NCBI RefSeq assembly: GCF_964355755.1
Contig: NC_092677.1
Span: forward strand, 580,101-644,100
Direction: 5' to 3'
DNA: 64,000 nucleotides
Source: Antedon mediterranea
Taxonomy: Eukaryota > Animalia > Echinodermata
Under the pieces are notes generated by a model. It saw nothing but the letters and a program-made list of their open reading frames with translations, was not told where the DNA came from and did not search any database. Every line of letters begins with the position of its first letter. The first letter of the stretch is position 1. Made by a program: the position numbers and the translations under genes. This document shows, one piece after another, positions 1 through 13,202 of the stretch.

Positions 1-1189
1 CCACTTCTATTGACGAGTTCTTTGTCACTGATTGACCCCTCAAATAATTGTGAAACAAAGATAACCCCTCCCTTAGGATCAACACCAAGAAGCCCTTTCA
101 TGGTAGTGTGGTGCTTATATTGTGAGTAGCTTTCACTTTGTTTTTGTAGAGAACTTGGGATTTGAATGAAAAGCTCTGTAGCATCTATTATAATAACTGT
201 ATTTGGATACTTCTTAAAAAATTTTGTTGGCGCATGCTTCAGTATGATATCACGATGTGGCCATATTTTAAGGGACCCAAGAGTTGTATAAAGTAGATTT
301 ACATGTGTGATTACTTTATTTGACACTGTTCCTTCGGCAATGTTGAACCGGACTGCTAGGTCGATATTTGAACACCCTGTTCGTAGTTTCATCAATGTCA
401 GTAGTAACTCATTCCAAACAGTCATCTTGCGACTTTTCTGGCGGGTATCGTCTAGACTATCGGTCTCGTCTTCAGTGTTCTCTAAACCAACCTCAAGCAA
501 TTGCTTCATGTTAACCCGCCTTCTTTTACAAGCTTTGGTGTTCCAATAAACAATATCATCATTGCCAAATGTTGGTATAACAAATTGAGCAAAATCAATG
601 AAACGCTGTTTTGACGGGAACCCAGTAAAATGCATGAAAATGTTGTACTCCATTTTTTCTGTATGACACTTATAGTAGAGTTGGTTTACTGAGAATGAGT
701 GATGGCATTCTTCTTCTACTTCATCTTCTTCATCTTCAGTATAATCCACTTTTCTGTATTGAGTTGACTTTGAAATAATTTCTGGATTTTCAGAGAAAAT
801 GTCGCATTCTCCCTCAGAAGCGGTATCTGTTTCATCCTCTTGCTCGGCCCTGAAATCTTCACGCTTTTTAAAGGCAGACCGTACTTCATCATCCTCTGAA
901 GATGACTCGCCAGCTGCAGGTATGGTCCAAGCAAATTTTGAAGGTGCACTATCTGGTTTTAGTCGACGCCGTCTGTTTTTTGATGTTGGGTTACAGAAAT
1001 CTTGTTGATGAAAATGACTTGAGCACACCTTTGCAGATGATGTTAACGACAAATGCCGTTTGTCTCTTTTTATGCGGTTGAACCATTTATTTCTTAGGAG
1101 ATGGTTGTGTGACGTACACTGTGATATGACAGTTCGGGATGTTCGGATGACACATTGTTGCAACCAAATGCAATACAGTAGTGTGGCAT
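1..1189 (-). mobile_element. Degenerate THAP-domain + DDE_Tnp_4 transposase (ISL2EU/PIF-Harbinger type), frameshifted, runs off the window start
   Basis: Manual minus-strand translation from ATG 1189: MPHYCIAFGCNN...NKWFNRIKRD...VCSSHF...LKPDSAPSKF (THAP C2CH pattern, broken by a frameshift), then ELLLTLMKLRTG..DLAVRFNIAEGTVS (HTH) and IIDATELFIQIPSS..QSESYSQYKHHTTMKGLLGVDPKG..FVSQLFEGSISD (DDE_Tnp_4-like). Confidence 0.85.
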
Positions 1190-2179
1190 TATATAACTGA
1201 AAATAAACCAATAAAACAATGAAATATGTATAAAAGTCATCCATCATTCACAATCATATTCCTAAAAATATCTCATATCTGTAGGTCTACATTAGACTAG
1301 GCCTATAATATTATAGTAGAATGGTGTTATCAAGTATTCAGTACTGGCGGTAGCCCCCCCCCCCCCCCCCCTACAGGAAGCATCACTAGCCACATAACAA
1401 AATGGCAGTTGTTGTCAAGCTGAAACTAATGCTAGGTCTACATCTACTAGAGATGCTCTATTTAGTCTTACTACCTAGCTAGGAGAGGCTTAGCAGCACC
1501 CTAGCTAAAGTAGTAGTACAGTATGCAATAACGAATTTCCAATATTATTATTGTATTATAATAACCGATAATCCGTGCAAGGCTCGAGTACTCAAGGTAC
1601 TACAGCATACAGGCCAACTACAGTATTTATTACTATTTTAGGGCCTAGCCTAGAGCTGGGTACAGTATATAACAAAAACGCGTCTTAATTCAACCCAAAT
1701 TAAAATAAAATATGTTAAGATTTGCCCATATAACATTAAAATTGTTAAGGGTGTTGCAAAAAAAAAAGATACTGCTATTATGTGTGTTTTAAACGTTCTT
1801 TTCTACCTACCTTTTTAACTCAACCCATCGGAATTTCCCATACAAAAACATGTGGCGAAATGGTTTGTTTACAATCTATACCCACTCGGTGAAATTTGAG
1901 TGACGTCATCGCGGTTCGCCATTTCTCTCTATTGTTGTATCTGGGTTGATTTGCATAAATGCCAGGCAACGTCGACGTATAATAGAATCTCACTGGCTAG
2001 TGTGGCTAGTTGAGATGATTCCAGCGTATAGAAGAAGTTACACTACTGTATATGGAGAATTTACAAAATAAAATATCTCGATTGTTGCATGATTACAAGC
2101 TTCCGTGTTCTTCCGTGTATTATCTGAACTCAAAGAAGTGGCCAGTGAGGCCGCAGTTACAATTAGGTATAATAATTAG

Positions 2180-2232
2180 ATTAGCGTCTTGAGCACTTTT
2201 AGTGGATATGTGCGCTATATAAATTGTTATAT
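2180..2232 (+). repeat. Short L2/CR1-type LINE or SINE 3' tail remnant
   Basis: agcgtcttgag...gcgctatataaat...tattatta; related tails at about 30690-30750, 36880-36940 and 49738-49800. Confidence 0.45.
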
Positions 2233-2704
2233 TATTACCTCCGCCAAGGAGGTTATGTTTTCACCCCTGTATGTTTGTGTGTGTGTGTGGGTGTGTGTGT
2301 CTGTGAACAGCCTGGAAGCCACAGTTTTTATCCGATTCTCACCAAATTTAGCCACAATGATCTATACCCAAAAAGCTCGGACGAGTTCGAATTTGAGGGG
2401 AAAAGGTCATAGGTCAAGGTCACAACTAACAAAATTCTATTTTACTGCCTAGAGACCACAGTTTTTATCCGATTCTCACCAAACTTAGCCACAATGATCA
2501 ATGACTCATCATATAATTTTGGTTAAATTTTGAAGGGTCAGGGTCAAAGATCAAGGTCCAAAAAAAAAAATAAAAAAACTCTGAGCAGGACTTGAACCAG
2601 TGATCTCAACTGTGAGAGGCTGGATACGTAACCATTACCATTACCATTTTATGTAGGGGAATTTTACAGTAGGCGGAGGTTTGTACTCTCGGAGTGCCCT
2701 CTAG
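2233..2704 (+). mobile_element. Non-autonomous Helentron-associated element (HINE/DINE-1-like)
   Basis: 5' TATTACCTCCGCCAAGGAGGTTATGTTTT, (GT)n microsatellite, internal duplicated block (ccacagtttttatccgattctcaccaaa), inverted sub-terminal GGCGGAGG, 3' hairpin ACTC-TCG-GAGT and CTAG end followed by TT. Confidence 0.75.
2581..2648 (-). pseudogene. tRNA-derived fragment (tRNA-Glu(CTC)-like) embedded in the HINE
   Basis: Reverse complement ggtaatggttacgtatccagcCTCTCACagttgagatcactGGTTCAAGTCCtgctcag has A-box-like, anticodon-loop-like and B-box motifs, but no intact acceptor stem. Confidence 0.45.
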
Positions 2705-4991
2705 TTATTATTATTATCGTTTTATAATAAAAAATATACATTTATTATTATAATCCTAAAACTACAGTATTACTATTAAGAAAAATTAGCTGTATCCACT
2801 TGTAGGCATCATACTGTAGAAAGATTTGTAATTGTAAAAATACGTAATACTAGTGTAGGCAGGCTCTGGTAACTAATTTTAAAATCATTTTCAAAACAAG
2901 TAATTTTTTAAAAAATGATTTTAAAAAGGAACATTACTTCATTGAAACTTGTAAAATAAAAATTAAAACACAAATTATGTATACAGTAATAGGATAAACA
3001 TATTATAAAATGTACTTTATACAAAATTTTAGCACGACCAAAATAAAATGCGATCAACATCAAACGCATACAACCTTCCTAACGGTAGGGATACCGAGAG
3101 CTGACTCCATTTTCATTACCACGATTAAACAACGTACACGTTACTATGTGCGCAATGTCATTTACGCAGTGTTTTTCTACTTTGGTAAACACTTTTTATT
3201 AGGTCATTATTTTCTGAAAATAAATTAATTATGAAAATATCCTTTTGAGTGAATATTTCTATACCTATTATTCTATAAGATCAAGTATTTTTATTTCCAT
3301 TTCATTCAACCAAAAATGTGAATATAGTGGAAAGATCATTATCATCTAGCGTGTATAGCTTTTGTTTACTACAAAACCCTTGGAAGGCTCAATGACCTAC
3401 CATTTTCAACCTTATTTTTGTAGTTGAGCCTCTTATGACCTCAAAATGTTTTTTCTTCCTACACCAAGATAATATAGTTCCACATACCATGTGCTTGTAT
3501 ATAATTTAAAATATTAATTTTAAGTGCTAAAAAACAGTTTTATCCCAATATGAGGCCTTTATGATTCGAATATTTCATAGTAACAACCCATATGCCATGA
3601 AAAATATCCGTTTTATCCATTTTTAAAATAATTTTTGGAAAATAACGAGGGGCGCAACTACCAAAACGCCATTTTGTGGTATGATGTCATCGTAAGCCAA
3701 TCAAACCTCCGCCTTCGACCGCTCCGCAGGGCTCACGATTGAACGATTTTGGATTCTTGCCCTTTGATTGGTTGACGCGAATTAACAATGAAGAAATTTT
3801 CTCGCAAGTGAAAATAGTAAAGTTTTTGTTCCATGGTAGATGGATGAAGCTATTGTTCTAACCACGTGACTATGTGGCGTAGGTTTTTTTTTTATATATC
3901 TATATATATATATAAATCAATGATGTTGCGTAGCACTGTGTAAATTATATATAAATCATACTGTAAATTTGACTTTAGCAATATAATAAACTAAAGTGAT
4001 AGAAATTGAATTCTTGTATTTACTTCAAATACAAGTTATTCACTTTCTGTAACAAAAAAATAATATTTATTCATGTATAAAAAGAGAAAAGAAACGTTTA
4101 ATTATAACTCAAAAACCAGTATTTTTTGCTTCAAATTACATTTTTTCAAGTAAATAATTGTTTGGTTAACGTGAATAACTATTATGTGACAATAAAATGA
4201 CACATTCAAAAACAAATTTGAAATAAAAAATATTTTTCAGGGGGACAATATATATCTTTAAAACTGTTACGTCAGCAAGCGAGCAGCGTTTTTTGTAAGA
4301 AATATTTCTTGTTTATATAATAAACAAGTAATATCATATTTTATTGAATTTTACAATGTTGATATCCAAAATATATTACTTAAAACTGTGATTTTTTATA
4401 TAATTATTTTTACGAAAAATGACTACGGTAGTTCATACAATTGTCGACTGAGGGCGCAATGTTTACATCGTTCATGGCTAAAAACGATCATTTTCGCCGA
4501 TGTTTTAAACACTATATTTCGAAAACTACATACAAGTCATATTTTCATAATTCTTTCTTTATTATAATATTGATACAAAATACTAACAGGCAATGTATAA
4601 TTTGTTTGAAAAATATTAACTTTTAATTTTACATCGAAATAAAACCGATCAAAGGTAGCCTAACTGAGAATACTTACTACTACAGTACTTCTTATTGTAA
4701 CTAGTTTGGAAAGATATTTTCCATATTTTTTTTTTCTCTTTTGTGGTGTAATCTACCACATTTATTCGTTCATCATAATTATTAAAAATACATACTGTAT
4801 TAACATATTACTCTCTTTTTTTCCCATTATTTTCTTGAATTTAGAATACTCAAGGTTATAATACTAATAGTAAATAAAAGTAACAATGTATATAATAATG
4901 TTTACAATACAGTGTAGTACTATACATCGATATATCTAAATTGGCTGTATAAAATATCTCATCAGGAGGTGGGAACACCATGAATAATTAA

Positions 4992-7900
4992 CACTTTGAC
5001 TGCCAGAGGTTTTTCCAGTTAGAAACTGCCACCGCCAGCGTTTTTAGCCCAATTCGATGTTTTTATTAAAGCTGATTTAGGGGATGCTAGTCAAGTCGCC
5101 CCATCGCAAAGTCGCCCCATACAAAGTCGCCCCTTACACAGTCGCCCCATCGCAAAGTCGCCCCAAAACAAAGTCGCCCCGACATAGTCGCCCTATCGCA
5201 AAGTCGCCCCAACGCAAAGTCGCTCCATCGCAAAGTCGCCCCATCACAAAGTCGTCCTATCGCAAAGTCGCCCCAAAACGTTAAAAAATAGTTTACAAGT
5301 GCGTAAAATGTTGCAATGATACACAAGATAACACAGAACGTGTAGGCATAGGGGAAGCCCCGCCATGTAGTCTCAGGTCACACGATCGGCACGCACCCCC
5401 ATATCAGAGAGGAAGCCCCCGACTAATCACTCCGCGGTCGCACTCCGCGGTCGCACTCTAACGTGCTAGCTTCTTACCATGAGAGGGAAACCCCCGTAAT
5501 TACTCCGCCGTTGCCGTTGTCGCACTCTACAACGCACCATCTGAAGATGGGGAAACCCCGCCGGAGTTTTACAATGATATCAGTCGCGTTCGAAATCGGT
5601 CGCGATAAAATGATGTTATACGATCTAGATTATTTTTACTTTGGTCGATGAATATTTATTATTATTATTAGGCCTATATTAATAATTGATTTTTTTTTTA
5701 TTTTACAGGTCAGTATGATGAGAAAGATGTGTGGCTTAAAAAATGACAATTTGTAAACATAGTTTAAGATATAGTATTATCCAGCATAATGTCATTTAAC
5801 AGTACATACGTACTTATTTAAATGTGAAATATTTTATAGGAAACGTAGGCTACGTCTGTGTCTTTTATTTTATATGCAACAAATTACGTAAAACAATTTA
5901 TTTATAAACATTCAGTTTACTATTATATACATAGTATTACAGTGAACATTGATTGTAAGACTCCTGGAAAGGCAATCCCATCATTATATCCATTATAAAA
6001 TTGCATCATATCACCGGCGCTATATGTCGTAAATGATAACGTGCGTGTGTGTATTTGTCGTACGTCCGTGTACGTATTATTCCGTGCCTCTTCACTGTCT
6101 TGTTTAATTTAAAATTAAATAAACACCCGATATGAGGATATTTATTAAGGCATTATAATTAGAATGTTCTATAACCAAAAGGATTGAAAAGAATTTCTTC
6201 AGTAAAATGATCATTGTGCTGTTGAATAAAAGGCGACTCGCCATCTGAAACATTCTCTGAATCCAATCGGAGCTGCGCCTTCTGGTATCTGTTTCCTCAC
6301 AGCTGCTACGTCTTTCTGCTGACCGTCGGGGATTCCCCTTTTTAAAAAACACGCACACGATACTGTACGATGGTTTTTCCATGGTCAAAATGTCGCGTTT
6401 TAATTTTACTAATACCTGCATGTAAAACAATCACATCGGCGATGAAATCCCCTTTTTTTTCTTCATTTTGAAAAGTCATTATAAAATTAAGACACATAAC
6501 TTGTCAATAAATGCAAAATGATCAATAAGTAGCCTATAACACTTATTGTCTTACAACACTGTTATTGTTTTAACTACTGTAAATCTATACGGCGAAGGCC
6601 TACTACACATTTATACATTTATTATATTATCCTAAAAAATTAGCTGGTATCCACGCGTAGGTTGAAGAAAGATTCGTAATTGTGGCTCTGGTAACTAATT
6701 TTAAAATCATATTAAATTAACATTTTCGAAACTATAAATCAGGGATAATCTTTTTAGGGACTATTTTTTTAAATGATTTTTAAAAAGCACATCACTCCAT
6801 TAAAACCTGTAAAATAAAAATTCAAACACAAATTACAGTATGTATATAATAGGATAAACATTATAATGTATACGACATTTAGCGCGACCAAAGTAACAAC
6901 GCAATCGATATCAAACGCACCCAATATGATTAAAACCGATAAAAACTCCGGCGGGGTTTCCCCATCTTCAGATGGTGCGTTGTAGAGCGCGACAACGGCA
7001 ACGGCGGAGTAATTACGGGGGTTTCCCTCTCATGGTAAGCTAGCACGTTTAGTGCGACCGCGGAGTGCGACCGCGGAGTGATTAGTCCTCTCTGATGGGG
7101 GTGCGTGCCGATCGTGTGACCTGAGACTACATGGCGGGGCTTCCCCTTTTTATGCCTACACGTTCTGTGTTATTTTGTGTATCATTGCAACATTTTACGC
7201 ACTTGTAAACTATTTTTTAACGTTTTGGGGCGACTTTGCAATGGGGCGACTTTGCGTTGGGGCGACTTTGCGATGGGGCCACTTTGCGATGGGGCGACTT
7301 TGTAATGGGGCGACTTTGCGATGGGGCGACTGTGCCGGGGCGACTTTGTTTTGGGGCGACTTTGCGATGGGGCGACTGTGTAAGGGGCGACTTTGTATGG
7401 GGCGACTTTGCGATGGGGCGACTTGACTGGATCCCATTGAGGATATGTATGTGATCTGATTTATGTAATTTAGACTAAAATAATAATCATAAAGATTTTA
7501 GCTTTACAATGGTACCAAGAACAATTTTCAAATCGCAATATGTAAATCGTAATAGTAAAATAAAAGTAACCCACTTTTGAGTTTTTCGTAGTTTCGCGCA
7601 AGAAAGTAGAGATATTCGCGATTTTGTGCAAGACATCACAATATGAAAATATCGCCAGGTGAGATCAACAAACAACGAAAAAGTTACTGACATGGCACCC
7701 ATACTGTAGGCCTATAAAAACAAGTTATCACTATCGAAAAATGTATTACATTTTATAAATCATAAATCTTACATCAATGTTTCGCGAAAAATCCGCATAG
7801 GCTAGTAAAGACACCAGGCCTAGTTAACCAGGCCTAAAGTTGGTCCGGAGCCGTTTTACGACTATGCCTAGGCTAGCATAGCATAGTATTACTAGCCTAG

Positions 7901-8396
7901 TAAACTGATGATAATATCCATACCATTTCTAAACAAGTTGGTTGCTTGAAACTCGGTCACTTACAGTGAAACACCAAACAAGGGTATACATACAATAATA
8001 AAATTAAAGACTTCATATTGAAAATGACTATTATTTTTTATTCAGATAACAAACATGCCAATCCACAAAAACCTTTGTAATGCTTCGGCGGCATAGCTAG
8101 CGCGCGACCGATACACAATGTGCCATGCCATCGCTCTACGCGCTACTGTGATGCGCGGTGTATTATGTTATTTCGACAGGTACCATTTTGACAGTCATTC
8201 GTAACCAGATTAGTTACTTTCAAATAGTAAAATATTGACGGTCCAGACCGAATATTGTGTCCATATTTAAAGTATATACCAATAATTAACCTATCTACCG
8301 GATTTCGTAAAAAACTCGAAACACGAAGATCTTCGTGTTTGGCAGTCAAGCGTTGTGTTTCCAAACACGAAGATCTTCGTGTTTGGCAGTAAAGTG
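4992..8396. mobile_element. Non-autonomous piggyBac-like element carrying a nested TIR element
   Basis: TTAA|CACTTTGACTGCCA at 4988-5005 and TGGCAGTAAAGTG|TTAA at 8384-8400: short TIRs with a TTAA target on both sides. Confidence 0.7.
5082..7434. mobile_element. Non-autonomous long-TIR DNA transposon (about 490-bp TIRs with 17-18-bp subterminal tandem repeats); Merlin- or Mutator-like
   Basis: GGATGCTAGTCAAGTCGCCCC... mirrored by ...GGGGCGACTTGACTGGATCC; inverted homology 5082-~5570 vs ~6943-7434; unit AAAGTCGCCCCATCGC; possible degenerate 8-bp TSD gatttagg/cattgagg (6/8). Confidence 0.8.
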
Positions 8397-8464
8397 TTAA
8401 TATTTTCCATACTTAGCAATAAAAAATAAATAAAAAACGATATTTGAATTTAAAACTATTTAAA

Positions 8465-8620
8465 TGTTTTGGGGCGACTTTTCGATTGGGCGACTTTGTG
8501 TTGGGACGAATTTGCGTTGGGACGAATTTGCGTTGGGGCGACTTTGCGTTGGGGCAACTTTGCGCTGGGGTGACTTTGCGAAGAAGGGGCGACTTTGCGA
8601 TGGGGCGACTTGACTGGATC
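8465..8620. repeat. Solo right-hand terminus of the same GGGGCGACTTTGCGAT-repeat element family
   Basis: Tandem ggggcgactttgcg(a/t)t units ending GGGGCGACTTGACTGGATCC, as at 7415-7434; no partner terminus found nearby. Confidence 0.75.
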
Positions 8621-9721
8621 CCGCCTGACCTAGCCCTAGCTAAAGTAGGCATACTGGATACTAAAGTACTACACGACGGGCCTAGGTTTTAGCTAGGCTA
8701 GATTTAGTCCAGTCAATCTAGTGATATTTAGAGGTAAACCCACCACAAATTGCAATAGTAACGAAACATTAATTTTTTCATTCCAAATGTAGTTTATAAT
8801 GACATATTAAAAGTCACCAAAAATTGAAGCATTGGAACACATTATTTTTTACGTAATCTCAACAACTATATAGTGATTTTATTCCATAAATATTTTGGGG
8901 TAGGGGGTAACATTTATGCCCATAACTTGTGGTTTTATAATCCAATCTCAATAATCTTGATATCAATGTGTAGAATATATATTTCTTTCTGATATGCAAT
9001 TTACAAAAACAAAATACAACATTTATTTATATAACTAGAGGTCAAAAGGTTATTGACCTTTTACAAAAACTCATTTTTTTCCTTAAAAAAATGATTAACT
9101 GTAATATTGTGCCATAATTGTATATGCATTTAATCAAAATTGTGTTTTATCTATACCTATCGATATATAAAATCGCAAACATGATGTTAACTAGAAGAAT
9201 TTTAAAAGTAATGATGTACTATTCTTATTGAAATTGATTCTTGGTCAAATGTAATGTAAACCATTTTGGGGTAGGGGGTAGCGTTTATGCCTATAATCCA
9301 TTGTTTTATAATCATATCTAAATAGCTTTAGTACCAATGTGTAGAGTATATATATCCTACTAATAATATACATTAAAAAAACAATTAATAACAGTTATAC
9401 GTAACTAGAGGTCAAAAGGTCATTGACCTTTTACAAAAACTCAAATGTTCTTAAAATAGCGCAAAACTAAATTATGTTTATATATATTATATTTATATTT
9501 TGGAAGTATTTGGTGCAAATAATGTTTTTCTTGTACCTATTGTATTGTCATGAAATAGGAAAAATGATACTAGCTAGAAGAAAATTGAAATTCATTAGCG
9601 GTATGTACTATTGATGATTAATTAATGAGTCTTGATAATTTGGAATCAACTCATGATTTACTATAGATAGATTTTTGATAATTTTAGTATCAACGAATGT
9701 ACGTAATGAGAAGTATTTTAT

Positions 9722-10560
9722 CTTCGCAGGGTTGCGTCTTCTCTCCTCTCTTGTATATTATATACACGGATGACTGTCGGAGCAAACAGGACAATCTTTT
9801 CAAATTTGCTGACGACACTGTCTTGCTGTCTCTCCTTCAAAATTCACAGGACGGTCATGGTTCCGCATTAGATGGTTTTATCCAATTTTGTGGAAACTCC
9901 TACTTGGAACTCAATGTCACCAAAACCAAGGAGATAATTGTAGATTTTAGGAAGGAGAAAGGACGCAGCCCTCTGGTATCCCCCACAAATGACGAACCAG
10001 CGATATTGTCCATTCCCTTAAATACCTAGGTACTATATTTGAGTACAATCTCAGCTGGGAATTAAATACAGAGGCAATAGTAAAGAAAGGACACCAGAGA
10101 CTTTATCTGTTAAGGAAGCTGAACCATTTTAATGTCAATAAAGTAATTCTCATGGTTTTTTATAATTCCTTTATTGAGAACGTTTTAACTTTTTTCCTTT
10201 ATATGCTGGTTTTTTAGTCTTAGGGTCAAAGAGAGAAACTCACTACAAAGTTGTTAACTTAAGTTCTAAATTAATAGGTTGTCAACTTCGTAGCTTGTCT
10301 TCCTTCTGTGACATGCAAACTCTAGAAAAAAGTAGAGCTATTCTAAAAAATGTTAACCATGCCTTGTTCAGTGATTTCGAGCTCATGCCTCATGGGCGTC
10401 GCTTTCAATGCCCGGCATGTAGAACAAACTGGAAAAGAAATTCGTTTTTGCCAGTTGCCATCCGACTCTTAAATTCTTGAACTTTGACTCTTGTTATATT
10501 GTACTGTATATTGTGATATTTTTGTATATTTTGTAAGATCATTTTAATCCAGACCTTTTT
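9722..10560 (+). mobile_element. 5'-truncated non-LTR retrotransposon fragment (Rex1/Babar-like RT C-terminus) nested in the Academ element
   Basis: QGCVFSPLLYIIYTDD...FKFADDT...LNVTKTKEIIVDFRK, then RLYLLRKL and CRTNWKRNSFLPVAIRLLN; frameshifted. Confidence 0.8.
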
Positions 10561-10629
10561 ATTTGAATTGCTCCGTGTGGGATGATATTGTTTAATCCTT
10601 CAAACAGAAAAGGACTCACAACTTATATG

Positions 10630-12470
10630 TCATCAGTATCACTTTCTTGTTCGGGTGTATTAGTACAGTGCAATGCCATTGCATTCACCACATGTAGTTC
10701 TAGTTACCCCTGAATGCTTCAAGGAGATACTCAGGTTCTGGCTTTAAGTTTGTGTGTAGAGGAACCATGTTTCCATCATCTGATCTTCCATCCCCAATCC
10801 TCGGTACACATATCAACCCCACTCCATTGCTAAAAGATAACTTGAACTTGAACATGATGTTAAGTACCTTGGTTGTGGTACGATTATGAAGTTGGCGATA
10901 TGCAAGGTTGTACTTGATTGGATGGAGTCAAAGGCATTCCACGTTGTCCAGGTAGTCCATTGTACAGACGCACTAAACCGTTTTCTCTAGCAACCACAAT
11001 GTCATCCTTTGTAGCTTGTTTGCATTTGAAGACTACAGCATAATGTCAGAAATAAGTGCAATGACAAGCTTTTTTTAGAGCCACTTGTTTTCCAATTCCG
11101 AAAACTCTGGATGTTGTGTCACCAGTATCGCATGAGCAAACAGAAGGTTATCACAGATGTCTCTCAAATGTACTGTTTGAACCAGTTTGATAGTCCAGCA
11201 TCTCAGCTCCAGTCTAAAGAATATCACAAGATGTTTTAAATGCTTGACTGCAGAGGAGCACTAGTAGATCCGTGTCATCGGATAATGACAGCTGTTTTCC
11301 TGTTTGCTGATTCAATGGTTTTTTGTACTATCCGAAAGAACATCTGCATCAGAAGCTGCATTCACTCATTGCCATGTTGTTCCAATACTAGTTACGAAGA
11401 TTTATAAATTGTTGTTTGTTACAGAAAGTGATCCTATTTTGTGGAACATGTCACTGGTAAAATGTACAGGGACACTACCACCTGACCCGCCTTACCATGT
11501 GCGCCGTCTTTGGTGGACGAGCCGCTTTCATAATTATCAAAGACTATGCAGAGCAATATTTTTTACAGATCTCTACACTATTCCATATGAATGCTGTGCA
11601 GTAGAGCACTACCATCTAAAATGTAGGCCTACTGGACATCATTCAGTGAGTTGGATGTATTAGACTTTTCAGAAGAAGTTGTTTCCACGTGGCATCATGT
11701 TGGTTTATTAGCTGAAAGTATTGTAAGTTGGTAGTTTCAAAAAGTGGTGGTGGGTAACAAAGTCACCTCGAGTCTCCTCTGGAACTGTAGGATTGATGCA
11801 CACATATGACTTTATTGCCAGGATCTTGAATACATTTGAAGACTTTCTGGCCAAAATATTCAATGCTTAATACCACATTGCTAATATTCCGAGTCACCTG
11901 CAGTAACTCCCGTGTCAATGGTATGAAGTCTCTGAGTCGTAACCAAATGGATTTTTCAATTGCCATTATGTTCCTGACGTGTGGCCATAAGGTCTTATGT
12001 TGGCCGCTGCTGCTCTGGAGTAACGCCCTGATACTATTACAAGGCATTACATACATTTCAGCGCAGATTTGGTCTGGATGTACGCATTCCTATATTTTCT
12101 TGTCAAACCTCTGGTTTTCTTTGAGGCTTCTCATAGAAACTTTTTCAATCACCTGCAGGTCTGTTGACAATCCAGCCCAGATGGTCCGAACGTCACACAA
12201 CATGGAGGTCATTGTCAAACTGCTGTTGAACATCTTTGTATTTCTACTGGTTAAAAAATACTTATACATTCCAATATAAATACTGTAACCATGGCAACAC
12301 AAATGCCAACTGGAAAAAATGGAATGTAGATCATCCAGAAGCAACAGGAACGGAGATGTCACTCATCTGCATCTTGAACTGGTCATGTGTATCGCGTTGG
12401 ACTGAAATGTTCACCCCAGGGAATCCCTGTGTGTATACCATTGTTGTTTACAGCGAAAACAACATTTTTA
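10630..12470 (-). pseudogene. Academ transposase pseudogene (C-terminal portion, many frameshifts)
   Basis: Minus-strand peptides WAGLSTDLQVIEKVSMRSLK, ADADVL, DDTDLLVLL, DTTSRVFGIGK, EDWGWKI and a Cys-rich end, all motifs I recognise from Academ transposases. Confidence 0.75.
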
Positions 12471-13202
12471 GCCAAAATTGACACATTATGTTGTGTTTTT
12501 CCGCAAAATTGACATTCTAAATAAAATGTTATGACTATAAGTTTGATATCACTGAATAGAAAATTTAATAAGCTTTCGGATGACATAAATCCCACTTGTA
12601 TATAAAGTATTTTAAATGGCAAAATATATGTAATTAATGGGGCATATTAATTTTGACTTAAAATGACCTTTATTGACCTCTGACCCCTTGACCCAATGCT
12701 TGGATTTTCGGTGACTTTTAGTATGTCGTTCTACAAATTATATCGAATTCAAAAATACTAGCTTTGTTACTATTGCAATTTGTGGTGGGTATATCATTAG
12801 ATTGACTGGACTAATTAGGCAGGCTTCTTAGTTAGGCCTAGCTAGTAGTAGCCTAGGCCTAAGGTAGAGGGACGATTCGTCACACTTACATTTATCGGCT
12901 TTCTTTGATATGCATTTATAAGCATAAAATAAGCTTTTTTCCCCAAACTTTATTTTCAGAGAGACTATGGGGTAGCACTATGGGATAGCACTACTAGGAA
13001 TAAAGATGCAATAAAGGAAACATTTTGAAAACATTGTCGAAAATGATCATTTTTTAGTCACGCGAACGATGTAAACAAGTTACGCCCTCTGTTGGCCGTT
13101 TGGCGAATGCACGAAATAAACAAGGTTTTCAAATAAATTGAATATAAAATTACGTTTTTTTCGTAATTTATTATATATAATAATTATATCAACTTTGTCA
13201 AT

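Larger units (their letters stand above)
8705..12813 (-). mobile_element. Academ-type DNA transposon, decayed, with a 3-bp TSD (ATT)
   Basis: ATT|TAGTCCAGTCAATCTA...TAGATTGACTGGACTA|ATT; TIR extends through cccaccacaaattgcaatagtaac; about 370-bp subterminal direct repeats (8895-9260 / 9265-9600); transposase remnants inside. Confidence 0.85.

Noticed and set aside
1354-1372. Poly-C run and nearby (CTAG/TAGGCCTA)-rich patches
   Set aside because: Simple low-complexity sequence that recurs through the window, with no evidence of function.
2581-2648. Functional tRNA gene
   Set aside because: No pairing acceptor stem; embedded in a repeat element.
6104-6430. 108-aa ORF inside the long-TIR element as a transposase
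   Set aside because: No DDE, zinc-finger or HTH motif recognisable in the frames I read.
5084-8692. Repetitive ORFs (KVAPSQSRPIAKSP / GRLCDGATLRWGDF) as proteins
   Set aside because: They are translations of the 17-18-bp subterminal repeats and are open in several frames on both strands.
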